Shown here piece by piece: positions 49,827 to 60,004 of a stretch of DNA of 62,952 nucleotides (positions within the stretch are counted from its first letter, which is position 1; the number at the start of each line of letters is the position of its first letter). The notes below the pieces were generated by a model. That model searched no databases. It saw only the letters and a list, made by a program, of their open reading frames with translations, and was not told the origin of the DNA. The DNA is from Promethearchaeota archaeon. Its GTDB lineage: Archaea > Asgardarchaeota > Lokiarchaeia > Sigyniarchaeales > SOKP01. A program made the translations under genes and the position numbers. The stretch lies in NCBI GenBank assembly GCA_016839705.1, contig JAEOTR010000065.1:1-62952 (forward strand), given 5' to 3'.

Positions 49827-51104
49827 TTATTTAATTTCTGAAAGTTCTACACCTTTAGTCTCTTTTAGAAACAGGTACGCTATAGGGATGACAATGAAGT
49901 GTCCCATAACAAATATAATAAATGTTGTGCCTAATCCTACTAATAAAATGACTACACCGCTTAACATTAATCCAATTGTACCACCAATTCCCCCAACTAA
50001 ACTCCTAAATCCAATGCCGGTTCCTCTTCTATCCGTTGGCAACATTTCTAATGTAAGTAACCTAATAATGCCAATAGCACCCCAAGTTGATATGTGTGTT
50101 AAAGAATACCCGAATAAGACAATAAAAAAAGCATTTTCAGTACTATGAGCCCCAAATACCCATATTAGCACGGATATTGGCGCTATAAACGACCACAGAT
50201 ATAACAATGGTTTCCTTCCAATTCGATCTGCCAGAAAACCATTAATAGCGTAAGCTATGATAACTGCGAAAATCACTAATAAAAAAACAATAGTAACTTG
50301 ACCCTGAGTTAATATTCCTACATCACTGATATACTTCTCAAATAAACCTATATATATTCCCGAAATTCCCCGAAGAAAAACTATTAATAATAAGAAGGTG
50401 TATGGCTTACGACTTTCTGTTTTAAAAATTGATACAATATCCTCCTTAAAAGATCTTGATTCTATTGTACCCTTCTCTTTCATCATTTGATATCTTTTTG
50501 TCTCTTTTAGTGAGAAGTAAATGACAACGCATAATGGAAATCCTATTATCATGGGAAAAAACGTCATACCCTGCCAAAATGAGCCAGTTTCCTTTATAAA
50601 AATAAAACGTGAAATTACCATTATAATAGGACCTAATAATCCTGCCATTAATATAATATTTGAATAGTAAGCGCGTTTGTTAGGTTTGACTTCCTCATTG
50701 ATATAAATCAACCAGATATCACTACTGAAAAAAAATGATAAAAAAAACACAAAAATCATATACATGACAAAATTTAATGAAAAAAACATTCCCAATGCAG
50801 CAAGAGCCATCCCGAAAACGGTAATGCTTAACATTTTTTTTCTTCCAAGTTTATCAGATAAGTAGTGACTAAAAAATAGAAAATACATACCAATTGAGAC
50901 TGCACCTGTTGCGAATGCAATAATTGCATTTTGAACATCTTGTGGTTTATCACTTAAAAAACTCTCCGCTATAGTTGAAGGGATTGCTCCAGGAAACACA
51001 GTCGCATATGAGTCGAGGATTTGTACAAGCATTAATATGAAAATCATGTATAGGAAATATTTCCTTGATCTTCCTGTAAGCTTTTCATTATCATTCTCAG
51101 ACAT
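49827..51104 (-). CDS. MFS transporter
   Basis: LSDKLGRK, LADRIGRKP, EMLPTDRRGTG and LKETKG; 12 TM. Confidence 0.92.
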   Translation of the reverse strand: MSENDNEKLTGRSRKYFLYMIFILMLVQILDSYATVFPGAIPSTIAESFLSDKPQDVQNAIIAFATGAVSIGMYFLFFSHYLSDKLGRKKMLSITVFGMALAALGMFFSLNFVMYMIFVFFLSFFFSSDIWLIYINEEVKPNKRAYYSNIILMAGLLGPIIMVISRFIFIKETGSFWQGMTFFPMIIGFPLCVVIYFSLKETKRYQMMKEKGTIESRSFKEDIVSIFKTESRKPYTFLLLIVFLRGISGIYIGLFEKYISDVGILTQGQVTIVFLLVIFAVIIAYAINGFLADRIGRKPLLYLWSFIAPISVLIWVFGAHSTENAFFIVLFGYSLTHISTWGAIGIIRLLTLEMLPTDRRGTGIGFRSLVGGIGGTIGLMLSGVVILLVGLGTTFIIFVMGHFIVIPIAYLFLKETKGVELSEIK

Positions 51105-51226
51105 AAAACCACTTTTCTCTTTTTCGATAAATTATTTGATAGAAAATTCTATCTTTAAATATTTAAAACTATCATAATTTTATAACAAGGAACAAGCTAG
51201 CCTTAATAATTTTTTTATGAATGATA

Positions 51227-51433
51227 CTAAGTAATAAATTTAATTATTAAATAAACTCCAATAGCTATTAATATTACAGAGATGATTATAATAATTGCCA
51301 TTCCTGTTAGCATTAGTTGAGAGACCCATAAGACCCACTGAGTGATTACGAGAGAGAGAAGTATAATTCCGAATGCAATCATGAATATCCCAATCGCAAT
51401 CAGAGACAAACTTGATCTTGTAGAATCTTTCAT
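51227..51433 (-). CDS. Small 2-TM membrane protein
   Basis: ATG after GAGGATGTGA; two hydrophobic helices. Confidence 0.65.
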   Translation of the reverse strand: MKDSTRSSLSLIAIGIFMIAFGIILLSLVITQWVLWVSQLMLTGMAIIIIISVILIAIGVYLIIKFIT

Positions 51434-51612
51434 AATTATTCACATCCTCTATTATTATTAGAAAAAAAGAATAATAAAAGTAATGAATAGAATTTGAAAA
51501 AATCATTTGAATTTTATTAAATTGTGTGTTAAATAAAATAGATTGATTTCTCAATACAAAATATAAAATAAGAAAAAATTACATAAAATATAAAAAAATA
51601 GATAAAAGAAAT

Positions 51613-51900
51613 CTATAATCCAGTTAATAAAATATCATCAAGTACTTTATGAACTTTCTTTAAATTCTCTTCACCAAGAGCCTTATCGACTTCTAATTTG
51701 AGATTTAAGAGGGCACTTAATCCAGATACTACTGTATTTTGTAAGAAATTATTGAATACACTTTTCTCCGCATTCTTGTCTTTAAACTCTTCAACTCTCT
51801 CAAGCATGACTTTCTCATATTCTTCAGCAGTTGTAGTTCTCAATTCTGTTAGTTTACGAATCTTCAACCCGTCTTTTATTTCTACATGATCTTCAGACAT
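51613..51900 (-). CDS. Hypothetical 95-aa protein coupled to tes
   Basis: Its ATG directly abuts the tes stop (TAA-ATG), and a GAAGGTGA site lies in the tes 3' end. Confidence 0.8.
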   Translation of the reverse strand: MSEDHVEIKDGLKIRKLTELRTTTAEEYEKVMLERVEEFKDKNAEKSVFNNFLQNTVVSGLSALLNLKLEVDKALGEENLKKVHKVLDDILLTGL

Positions 51901-53637
51901 TTACTCTTCACCTTCCTTTTTAATTCCACCATTACGTGCTACTTCAGGGTTGACTTCGATAACTTCTTGACCGGTAGTGGTATCAAATTCATTTCGAACC
52001 TTAGCAGTTATTTCTTTGGCAATTTGTTTTTCAATTTCAGGCCTGTGAATTGTGTTCATAGTGCAGAAACTAACTTCTTTAACTGTATCATCTGGCATTG
52101 CTACACCGAAGTGAACAATACACCTTTTTGTTCTTTCCAAATCCATATTATATGCGTCTTGAAAATGCATTGAGCTTAAAAGCAATGTTCCATAACTGAA
52201 AGAACTGATGCTTTCCCAATCCCCATTTATTAACACTCTGCTGAACATTTCCATGAGCTTACCAGGTTTTTTTGCATACTGCAAGACCCCTAATAGGAAT
52301 CGAGCGCGAAGCTGGGTTTTATCAAGGAAATTCAAACCATTATCTAATGTTTTCCCAAAATCCCCTAACAATCCTTCAAATATCTTTAGTGGTTTTTTCT
52401 CTTTGTCCTTGATTTTTTCCCAAAATTTATTTGCGAAATCAATAACTTTTAGGGGGTCGAAATACTCCATAATAGGCATCATCTCCTTTGTAGTGGGATC
52501 TATTGCCATATATGAAGCAAAGCCACAATCGGGATGACAGGTAAACTCAATAGGTTCAACATCAGCGAGGTATGCGATGATTCTACCTAACTCCACGATG
52601 GTTGTTAAGGGGTACCACGAGTTTTCCATGCTTATTCTTCCTCCTGTTTGTTCTTCAATCTTCTTAAGAACATCTGAATTAGTAATTCTCAATTCTTCAC
52701 GTTCTTCGAAAGCAATCCGTCCACATAAGGAAACTGGCTGAAAGGTGATTCCTCGAACTACATCTATATTATCAATTGCGTACTGTATAATATTTCCAAC
52801 CTCAATGTCAGTGACTCCTTTAGCAATTGTTGCAACTAATACAATGGAATTTAAACCAGCTTTTCGGCAATTATCAATAACTCTTTGTTTATATGGCATT
52901 AAATTCTTAATACCGCGAGTTTTTTCGTAAGTTTCATTATTGATTCCATCAAATTGGAAGTATAGTGTATCTAAGCCCATCTCCTTACATTTCTTGGTAA
53001 ATTCTAAACCGTCTTTTTTCTTTTGAAAGCCATAACCATTTGTAGCAACAATTACTTCTTTAAATCCATTGTCTTTTGCCATCTTGCAAATTTCAGGAAA
53101 ATCCTTTCGAACTGTAGGTTCACCACCCGTAAACATGATTGCAACTGCGGGGATAGGTTTACTTCTAAAGTGTTTCATTACTTTATCAATTTCCTCGAGA
53201 GTTGGCTCAACAAGATATCCAGATTGTAAGACATTAGCATAACAGAAATTACAGTTAAAATTACAGCGGTTTGTTAGATCTATTAAAGCCAATGAACAAG
53301 TTGATATATGTTGTTCACAGAGTCCACAGTTATAAGGGCATCCTCTTGGGTCGTCTCCCTGAAAATCTGGTGGATTAGTGTCACCATCTTTATCGAATTG
53401 CCATACAATATTTCCATTCTTATCTTTGATAGCGTAATGTGTCCACTTATAATATTTAGCAGAACTACTAATTAAATCTCTGAAATCTCCATGGTCTACG
53501 CATGTTTTTCTCATCCAAATTTTTTCATCTTCTTCATAAACTTCTGCACCAATTGGTTGTAAGCATTCAGGACATACACTCTTCGTTTTCCGATAATAAG
53601 GTTCATTTACATATTCTTCATCGTTTAAGTGATACAT
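51901..53637 (-). CDS. tes: Tetraether lipid synthase (Tes/GDGT-MAS, MJ0619-like radical SAM enzyme)
   Basis: SVCPEC..KTC..HG, GCPYNCGLCEQH, DLTNRCNFNCNFCYAN, HPDCG and FQDAYNMDLER..RC..H..FC. Confidence 0.88.
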   Translation of the reverse strand: MYHLNDEEYVNEPYYRKTKSVCPECLQPIGAEVYEEDEKIWMRKTCVDHGDFRDLISSSAKYYKWTHYAIKDKNGNIVWQFDKDGDTNPPDFQGDDPRGCPYNCGLCEQHISTCSLALIDLTNRCNFNCNFCYANVLQSGYLVEPTLEEIDKVMKHFRSKPIPAVAIMFTGGEPTVRKDFPEICKMAKDNGFKEVIVATNGYGFQKKKDGLEFTKKCKEMGLDTLYFQFDGINNETYEKTRGIKNLMPYKQRVIDNCRKAGLNSIVLVATIAKGVTDIEVGNIIQYAIDNIDVVRGITFQPVSLCGRIAFEEREELRITNSDVLKKIEEQTGGRISMENSWYPLTTIVELGRIIAYLADVEPIEFTCHPDCGFASYMAIDPTTKEMMPIMEYFDPLKVIDFANKFWEKIKDKEKKPLKIFEGLLGDFGKTLDNGLNFLDKTQLRARFLLGVLQYAKKPGKLMEMFSRVLINGDWESISSFSYGTLLLSSMHFQDAYNMDLERTKRCIVHFGVAMPDDTVKEVSFCTMNTIHRPEIEKQIAKEITAKVRNEFDTTTGQEVIEVNPEVARNGGIKKEGEE

Positions 53638-53876
53638 TTTTTTTGAACACCAAATAATTCATTATTTATTTAGACATGTGTTTATACAAAGTTAGAAGAG
53701 GTAATTTATAAAGATTTTTCTACTTTTCCGATCCTTACGAATATGATTTGTAAATAAACTGTAAAATTAAGAATACTTTAGTTCTACTCTTATAATTTGC
53801 CACTTTTAGATTTTTTAAATAGTAATTATTAAAACTAATAATAAAAAATTAAAGATTATTCCTAAAATCTTATTGA

Positions 53877-54674
53877 TCAATCCCCCTTAAAATTAGGATT
53901 CCTTTTTTCAAAAAATGCTTTCAACCCTTCTTGAAAATCTTCAGTTCCCGCAGTTTTTACAATATTTGCAGCTTCTTTATCCAAATGTGCTTCTAGATCT
54001 GTTGCATAAGATTCCTTGATAAGATTTTTAGTGTAAGAAAATGCAACAGGTGATCCCTGACTTATTTCGATAGCAAATTTTTTAACTTCTTCGATAAAAG
54101 GTACCTCAGAATTAATTAACTGATTCACAAGGTTAGATTGTAAAGCTTCTTCAGCGTTAAGAACTCTATTTAAGAATAACATTTCATTTGCGAGACTTAA
54201 ACCTACAAGTTTGGGAAGGTGCCAGGTTGAAGAAGAATCAGGAGATAAACCTATTTTTGTAAAAGCACATCCAAATGTAGCATTCTTTGCGCTAATTCTA
54301 AAATCACATGCTGTAGCATACCCTAAACCTGCTCCAAAGCATGCGCCATTAATAGCTGCAATTGAAAGAATCCGCATACTTTTCAAGATTTTAATTCCTT
54401 TATGCAACCTTCTTACTAATTCTGCCATAAAATCATCAGGTTTTTCTGCATTTCTGAATTCAACAACATCTCCCCCAGCACAAAATGCTTTTCCTCTTCC
54501 AGTTAGAATCAAGCATCTTACATTCTTATCATCTGATATAGTGTTAAGAGCAGTAATTAATTCATCCATTAATTTAATATTGAAAGCATTAAACTGATTT
54601 GGACGGTTAAGAAAAATAATCGCTAAATTATTTCTGCCATCAATCTCTAATTCAAGTGATTCAAAATTGGTCAT
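53877..54674 (-). CDS. Enoyl-CoA hydratase/isomerase (PaaG-like)
   Basis: LNRPNQFNA, AFCAGGD, GAGLGYA.ACD and IGLSPDS. Confidence 0.9.
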   Translation of the reverse strand: MTNFESLELEIDGRNNLAIIFLNRPNQFNAFNIKLMDELITALNTISDDKNVRCLILTGRGKAFCAGGDVVEFRNAEKPDDFMAELVRRLHKGIKILKSMRILSIAAINGACFGAGLGYATACDFRISAKNATFGCAFTKIGLSPDSSSTWHLPKLVGLSLANEMLFLNRVLNAEEALQSNLVNQLINSEVPFIEEVKKFAIEISQGSPVAFSYTKNLIKESYATDLEAHLDKEAANIVKTAGTEDFQEGLKAFFEKRNPNFKGD

Positions 54675-54697
54675 AAAATTGAGAATTAATTGTTAGA

Positions 54698-56083
54698 TTA
54701 AAGTTTTTGATATTTCTTTTTTAATAAATCAGTCAAGCGTTCCAATTCTGGTGATACTTTTAATTCAAAGTTTTGAATTTGTTCTAATTTCTTATATGTT
54801 TGGGGCAATCTTTTTATGTTCTCCAAGTAGAACTGTTGTATTTCATCTATCGTAGGTAACTTGGTAATCATTTTTCCATTTCTCATGATAGGCTCTAGAA
54901 GAGCTTCGGAATTCATAGGATTAGGCTCACTCTCAAGCACTAAGATATCCTCTTTAAACTCTTCCTTCTTGTTATATACTCTAAAAACTTGTTTTACACC
55001 TGGAAAGGTAATTTTTTCCTCACTAATCTTAATTTTAGGTTCATTTTTATATTCTATTAATTTGTACACTCCAGAAATGGTGGGATCATCACTTGAAGTT
55101 GCTAATTCTGTCCCAACACCAAATGCATCAATTGGTGCTTTATTATCTACTATTTCTTTAATTTTATACTCATTTAGATCAGAACTTGCAACAATCAGAA
55201 CTTTATCGCTCCCTCCCTTATCTAAAATCCTTCTTACTTTTTTTGAGTGATCAATTAGATCCCCAGAATCGATTCTAACACCTCTTATATTATTCCCAAA
55301 TTTAACACTATTCTCAGCGCCTTTTTCTGTATCATATGTATCAATTAAAAGTATCGAATTTTCATCGTAAATATTATAATAAGTAGCAAAACTATCTTCC
55401 TCTCCTTCAAATTTTTGTACAAAACTATGAGCCATAGTGCCACTAGAGGTTATCCCTAATTCAAGATCAGCTATAACATTACTTGTGCCATTAAAACCCG
55501 CAATATAACTAGCTCTTGCAGCATAGACACCTGCAAGTGGGCTATGGGATCTTCTTGTACCAAATTCGAGAAGTACTTTATTAGGGGCAATATTTCTAAT
55601 TCTTGATGCTTTTGAAGCAACTAAGGTTTGAAAATTAATAACATTTAACAAGAATGTTTCTGCTAATTGTGCATGGATTATAGGACCTTGAATTCTCAAT
55701 ATTGGCTCATTTGGAAAAAAGAAATTCCCTTCTTTCATAGCCCACGCATCTAAGTTAAATTTGAAATTAGGCAAATATTCATTAAAGAAACTTACCTCAA
55801 TTTTTTTGAAAACAGGTTTGTTTCTGAGAAATTCGATTGTTTTCTCATTGAATCTTGCATTTAATAAGTAATAAATAGCTTGTTCTAAACCTGCAAAGAT
55901 TAAATAATTACGATTATGAGGTAGTTTTCTGATAAATAGTTCAAAAGTAGCAATATCATCTTTTTCATCTAAGTTATTTTCAAGATTGTACTGATAATAT
56001 GCAGCACTCATAGTAAGCTGGTAAAAATCCGTACTCAAAATCATATTTTTATTATCAACAAAACCAGAATTTAAATCCATCAT
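54698..56083 (-). CDS. pncB: Nicotinate phosphoribosyltransferase
   Basis: TDFYQLTM, EFGTRR, GTMAHS, LIDTYD, GVRIDSGD and FGVGT. Confidence 0.95.
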   Translation of the reverse strand: MMDLNSGFVDNKNMILSTDFYQLTMSAAYYQYNLENNLDEKDDIATFELFIRKLPHNRNYLIFAGLEQAIYYLLNARFNEKTIEFLRNKPVFKKIEVSFFNEYLPNFKFNLDAWAMKEGNFFFPNEPILRIQGPIIHAQLAETFLLNVINFQTLVASKASRIRNIAPNKVLLEFGTRRSHSPLAGVYAARASYIAGFNGTSNVIADLELGITSSGTMAHSFVQKFEGEEDSFATYYNIYDENSILLIDTYDTEKGAENSVKFGNNIRGVRIDSGDLIDHSKKVRRILDKGGSDKVLIVASSDLNEYKIKEIVDNKAPIDAFGVGTELATSSDDPTISGVYKLIEYKNEPKIKISEEKITFPGVKQVFRVYNKKEEFKEDILVLESEPNPMNSEALLEPIMRNGKMITKLPTIDEIQQFYLENIKRLPQTYKKLEQIQNFELKVSPELERLTDLLKKKYQKL

Positions 56084-56223
56084 CTTAATCCCAAATGAAA
56101 CTTGAAGTTATTTTATGTATTAATTTTATTCTTTCAATTATAAACCTTATTTTAGAAAATTCAAGTAATACAAAATAAAGATTTATTGATTGAATTATGA
56201 AAACAAAAGAGAAATAGATAAAA

Positions 56224-57108
56224 TCATAAATTTTTCTCGAGATGGTGATTGGTTAAATCTTTACTAACATCCCATAAACGCTTTGCAAGCCCTTCATCAT
56301 AAGATGCTTCAACAGACCGATCTTCCTTCCTATTTTTAAAGTACTTTCCACTCACACCTTCAACTTCAGATGAAGATGCTAAATAAATTGATGTTTTAGC
56401 CCCTTTCTTAGGGCTTCTCATAAATAAACCTATTAAATGGTAAAAAATTTTAACAAATTTTCTAAAATTCTTTACCATATTAGTTTTTACATATCCCGGG
56501 TGAAGACAATTAACTGTTACCCCACTTCCTTCAATTCTTCTGGCAAATTCATACGTAAAGAGAATCATAGCTAATTTTGATTGACCATATGCATTTAATT
56601 GACGATAATGTTTTTCACCATTAAGATTCTCAAAATTGATACTTTTGGCCTGTACGCTTGATGTAACATTCAATATTCTTGAAGGGCTACTTTTTTGAAG
56701 GATATCTAATAGGAAATTACATAATAAAAATGGGGCTAAATAGTTAACTGCAAAAGTACTTTCTAACCCATCTTCGGTTAAAGCACGTTTACTTAGATTA
56801 ACACCAGCGTTATTGATCAGAATGTGTAAATATTGATATTTCTCCTTAAAATCTTTAACAAGCTGCAAGATTTCTTCCTGATTCGATAAATCTGTTAGCA
56901 TTAAATCAATATTTCGGTTGTTAGACTCTTTCTTGATATCTTCTAGGGCGTCTTCACCTCGAGTTTTATTACGACACACCATTACAACTGTTGCGCCCAT
57001 TTTTGCTAAACCTATTGCTGTAGCTTTCCCAATTCCTGAGTTAGCGCCAGTTATCATACATATCTTCCCCTTCATCATCTCAGAAGTGTGATTCTTAACA
57101 ATTCCCAA
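56224..57108 (-). CDS. SDR family oxidoreductase (retinol dehydrogenase-like)
   Basis: TGANSGIG, NNAG, YGQSK and HPGYVKT. Confidence 0.92.
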   Translation of the reverse strand: MGIVKNHTSEMMKGKICMITGANSGIGKATAIGLAKMGATVVMVCRNKTRGEDALEDIKKESNNRNIDLMLTDLSNQEEILQLVKDFKEKYQYLHILINNAGVNLSKRALTEDGLESTFAVNYLAPFLLCNFLLDILQKSSPSRILNVTSSVQAKSINFENLNGEKHYRQLNAYGQSKLAMILFTYEFARRIEGSGVTVNCLHPGYVKTNMVKNFRKFVKIFYHLIGLFMRSPKKGAKTSIYLASSSEVEGVSGKYFKNRKEDRSVEASYDEGLAKRLWDVSKDLTNHHLEKNL

Positions 57109-57262
57109 ATAAAATCCCCCCTTACATAAGAATTTAATATCATAAGTAAAACAATGTAAGTAAATATGAGAAAGAAAAAAGATAAATAAAAGCTTGGATG
57201 GGTTCCTTACCTTTTATAAATGGCTTCTAAAATAGAATAACTAAGCTATAAACTCTAGTTTT

Positions 57263-58189
57263 TTACAATTTTTCGACTTTTCGAATATTTTTTACCATTA
57301 AACCCCAAAAATTATCTTTAATAAGCTTCCCATTTACTTTAATTTTATCCTTTAACTTTAAATTATTATCCTTTTGTAATCTATCACTCACTCTTACTTT
57401 CAGTTTTTCAGCTTTTGCAATATCATCTTCACGAAAATCACTCTTTCGTGATATCCTTGGCCCTAATTTCACATCTTCTAATGTGAGGTGATAATAAATA
57501 CTTATATTTCCTTGAAAATCTGATTGTCTTTCAATCATCTCAGAGATTTCTCCTTCATAGACGGTGATACTCTTATCAAGAAATTTCATCAATATTACAT
57601 TGTCAGAACTTTCATCAGTTAAACTTCTTTTTCCTGCACCCAATGTGCTTGAAATTTTAACGGGTTTAACAAGTTTTTCAAAATTCTCTGGTAATTTTGT
57701 AAGTGTCCAATCAGAGAGCTTAAAATATCCTTCTTTTAAGGAAACTATAAATCCGACCCAAAAATGACCACAAAACCCTAAATTTGAACCAATACGACAA
57801 TCACAATCCCTTTCTGGATCATTTATATTTTCTGGAGTAATAGACAGGTAAGATCCTATTTCCCAATTAAAACCCTTAAATTTAATCTCAACTTCATGGT
57901 TTTTAGGATTTACAATTTTTATCTCAGTAATGGTCTCTCTATCTTCCCCGTTAATTTTCTTTAGAGCTAAATTGATACCATCAGAAATAATCTCTATTTC
58001 TTTTTGTTTTAGTAAATCCTCTAATTCTTCTTCAGCGAGAGAGTCAAGAATAAACTCAACTAATTCTGATTTCTTCAACTTATAAAAACCTTTAATCCCA
58101 AAATCTCTACAAATCTGTTTTAAGCCATCAAGATTTAAGAATTGTAAGAGATGCTTCGTATATGTTTTTTCATCAAGCTGCCTTTTCAT
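57263..58189 (-). CDS. SWIM zinc-finger protein with N-terminal Rho-N/HeH-like and C-terminal OB-like domains
   Basis: LKQICRDFGIKG..KLKKSELVEFI; CDC-x7-CGH; beta-rich C-terminus ..DKIKVNGKL. Confidence 0.7.
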   Translation of the reverse strand: MKRQLDEKTYTKHLLQFLNLDGLKQICRDFGIKGFYKLKKSELVEFILDSLAEEELEDLLKQKEIEIISDGINLALKKINGEDRETITEIKIVNPKNHEVEIKFKGFNWEIGSYLSITPENINDPERDCDCRIGSNLGFCGHFWVGFIVSLKEGYFKLSDWTLTKLPENFEKLVKPVKISSTLGAGKRSLTDESSDNVILMKFLDKSITVYEGEISEMIERQSDFQGNISIYYHLTLEDVKLGPRISRKSDFREDDIAKAEKLKVRVSDRLQKDNNLKLKDKIKVNGKLIKDNFWGLMVKNIRKVEKL

Positions 58190-58554
58190 ATTAAGCCCTT
58201 GTCTTTTTCAATTAAATTACAAAATATGTGAAGTCTCGTTATAAGAATTTAATATTCAATATTAATTTGAAATCCTAATATATAATTATATCTTTTTGAA
58301 TACTAATTATCTCGAAAAAGAGGATTGTAATCAATTACTTTACAATTTTCTTTTATTGAATTATAAGTTTAGTTGTTCACGGAGGTTTGGCTGTACTTTT
58401 TAAGAAAATTATATCTAAAATCGAGAATTCATAAGAGGTTTAATCATATGAAAATGTTTAAATACTCAACTATCTTTTTAATTAGAAACTTAATGATTTA
58501 TTAAAACGAATATTAAAATAAACGTTAAAATTCTGCTTGAGGTGAAACTGTAAA

Positions 58555-58764
58555 CTGTCAATTATAAATCCAGACTTTCTTAAACATTTTGGAGAGATCA
58601 AATTTGCTGAAGAAAATAGTATGTGTATAAATGATTTTGAGCGTGCTATCAAAAGATATTTATTTGGGAAGGAAAAAAAACATCGAGGAAGTTTTAAAGC
58701 TGGTGAAATAGATAATAAATATATTAAAGATTTTTCTCGCTCATTTAAAAGTTATTTTGAATAA
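58555..58764 (+). CDS. Putative small protein, 69 aa with CTG start (47 aa from the internal ATG at 58621)
   Basis: GAGGTGA at 58539-58545, 9 nt before the CTG; an upstream in-frame stop limits the start options. Confidence 0.5.
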   Translation: MSIINPDFLKHFGEIKFAEENSMCINDFERAIKRYLFGKEKKHRGSFKAGEIDNKYIKDFSRSFKSYFE

Positions 58765-58944
58765 TAAAAACCTCATATTTATTTATATCTCTTTAAACAT
58801 CTAAATTCTCAAATTGGCAGATATTAATTAAATATTTACTATATGTAGTAAATATATATCTATTTTGCAAGAAAGGATGCAAAAATTTTTTACTAACTAT
58901 TATCTTTTACTTATATCGAAATAAAAGAGATTTGATGAACTCGC

Positions 58945-59823
58945 TTGAGAAAGGGAAACAGGAAAATTTTGTTATTGATTTTTATTTTTATCTTCTCGTC
59001 GCTTTTTTTTACAGGTAATAGGGTAAGAATTGTTAAATCAGCGACACTAGATTCCCAAGATCCTATCATATTTGTCCACGGATGGACTGGGAATGAGGGG
59101 GGATTTCAAAGTATGAAACTATTCTTTTTTAATGATGGGTGGCCATTAGAAAAACTTCAATCTTTTAATTTTAATGATACTTGGGATTATTCCTCCGCGG
59201 GAAATATACTTAATGCTCAAGGTATAAAATATTGGGTTGATAATATCTTAGATTATGTCGGAGCTGAAAAAGTAGATATTATTGCCCATAGTATGGGGGG
59301 TCTTAGTAGTCGATACTATATCAAATTTTTAGATGGTTTAAATAAAGTAGATGATTTTGTATGTATGGGAAGTCCCCAGCATGGGGTATCTGGAGGTTCA
59401 CAGGTTTTTCATCCCAACAGTACATTTCTATATAGTTTAAATGAAGGTGATGAAACCTATGGCGGAATTCTAAACGATACTATAGGTTTCCGTACAGATC
59501 CTGTTGGAGGGAGAATTTACAACAGCACACACTTCCCAGGAAATGTTAACTATACATCAATCTATAGTACGGGTGATACCATCGCCATTCCAATCAATAC
59601 ATCAATACTTGATGGGGCAAATAATATAGAAGTAAGTGGAGTAACCCATGTTAATATGATTTCTGATGAAGGCGTCTATAATGTAATCAAGCAAGCTGTA
59701 TATGATGATCGGTCAAATGGGGCTGATAACAATTTAATTCCAGGATACAATTTGTTAATTTTAATCGGAATTGTTTCTATAGTATTAATCATGAAAATTA
59801 GAAGAAAAATAGGTATTAAGTAA
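58945..59823 (+). CDS. Secreted alpha/beta hydrolase (lipase/esterase) with Loki-CTERM-type sorting signal
   Basis: Signal peptide, FVHGW, AHSMGG nucleophile elbow, YSTGD and VTH; C-terminal IPGY + TM + basic tail. Confidence 0.88.
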   Translation: MRKGNRKILLLIFIFIFSSLFFTGNRVRIVKSATLDSQDPIIFVHGWTGNEGGFQSMKLFFFNDGWPLEKLQSFNFNDTWDYSSAGNILNAQGIKYWVDNILDYVGAEKVDIIAHSMGGLSSRYYIKFLDGLNKVDDFVCMGSPQHGVSGGSQVFHPNSTFLYSLNEGDETYGGILNDTIGFRTDPVGGRIYNSTHFPGNVNYTSIYSTGDTIAIPINTSILDGANNIEVSGVTHVNMISDEGVYNVIKQAVYDDRSNGADNNLIPGYNLLILIGIVSIVLIMKIRRKIGIK

Positions 59824-60004
59824 TTTAATTTACCTAATTTATACTTTCTTTTATTTGAAATCCGCTATTTTAAGTGAATTATCGATTAAAATAAATAAAT
59901 TTATAAAGATCACTTATCGGTAACTACATAGTAGTCTATAAATAAAATTTATTTTTGCATAATCATTATAATAATTAGAAGTACTTGCAAAGATTTCGAA
60001 AATC

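Noticed and set aside
51240-51554. 104-aa minus-strand ORF
   Set aside because: It is an alternative frame over the more plausible 2-TM gene 51227..51433.
51901-53637. Radical SAM gene as the GRE activase
   Set aside because: Its length and auxiliary Cys motifs match Tes, and it lacks the GCPLRC-type activase signature.
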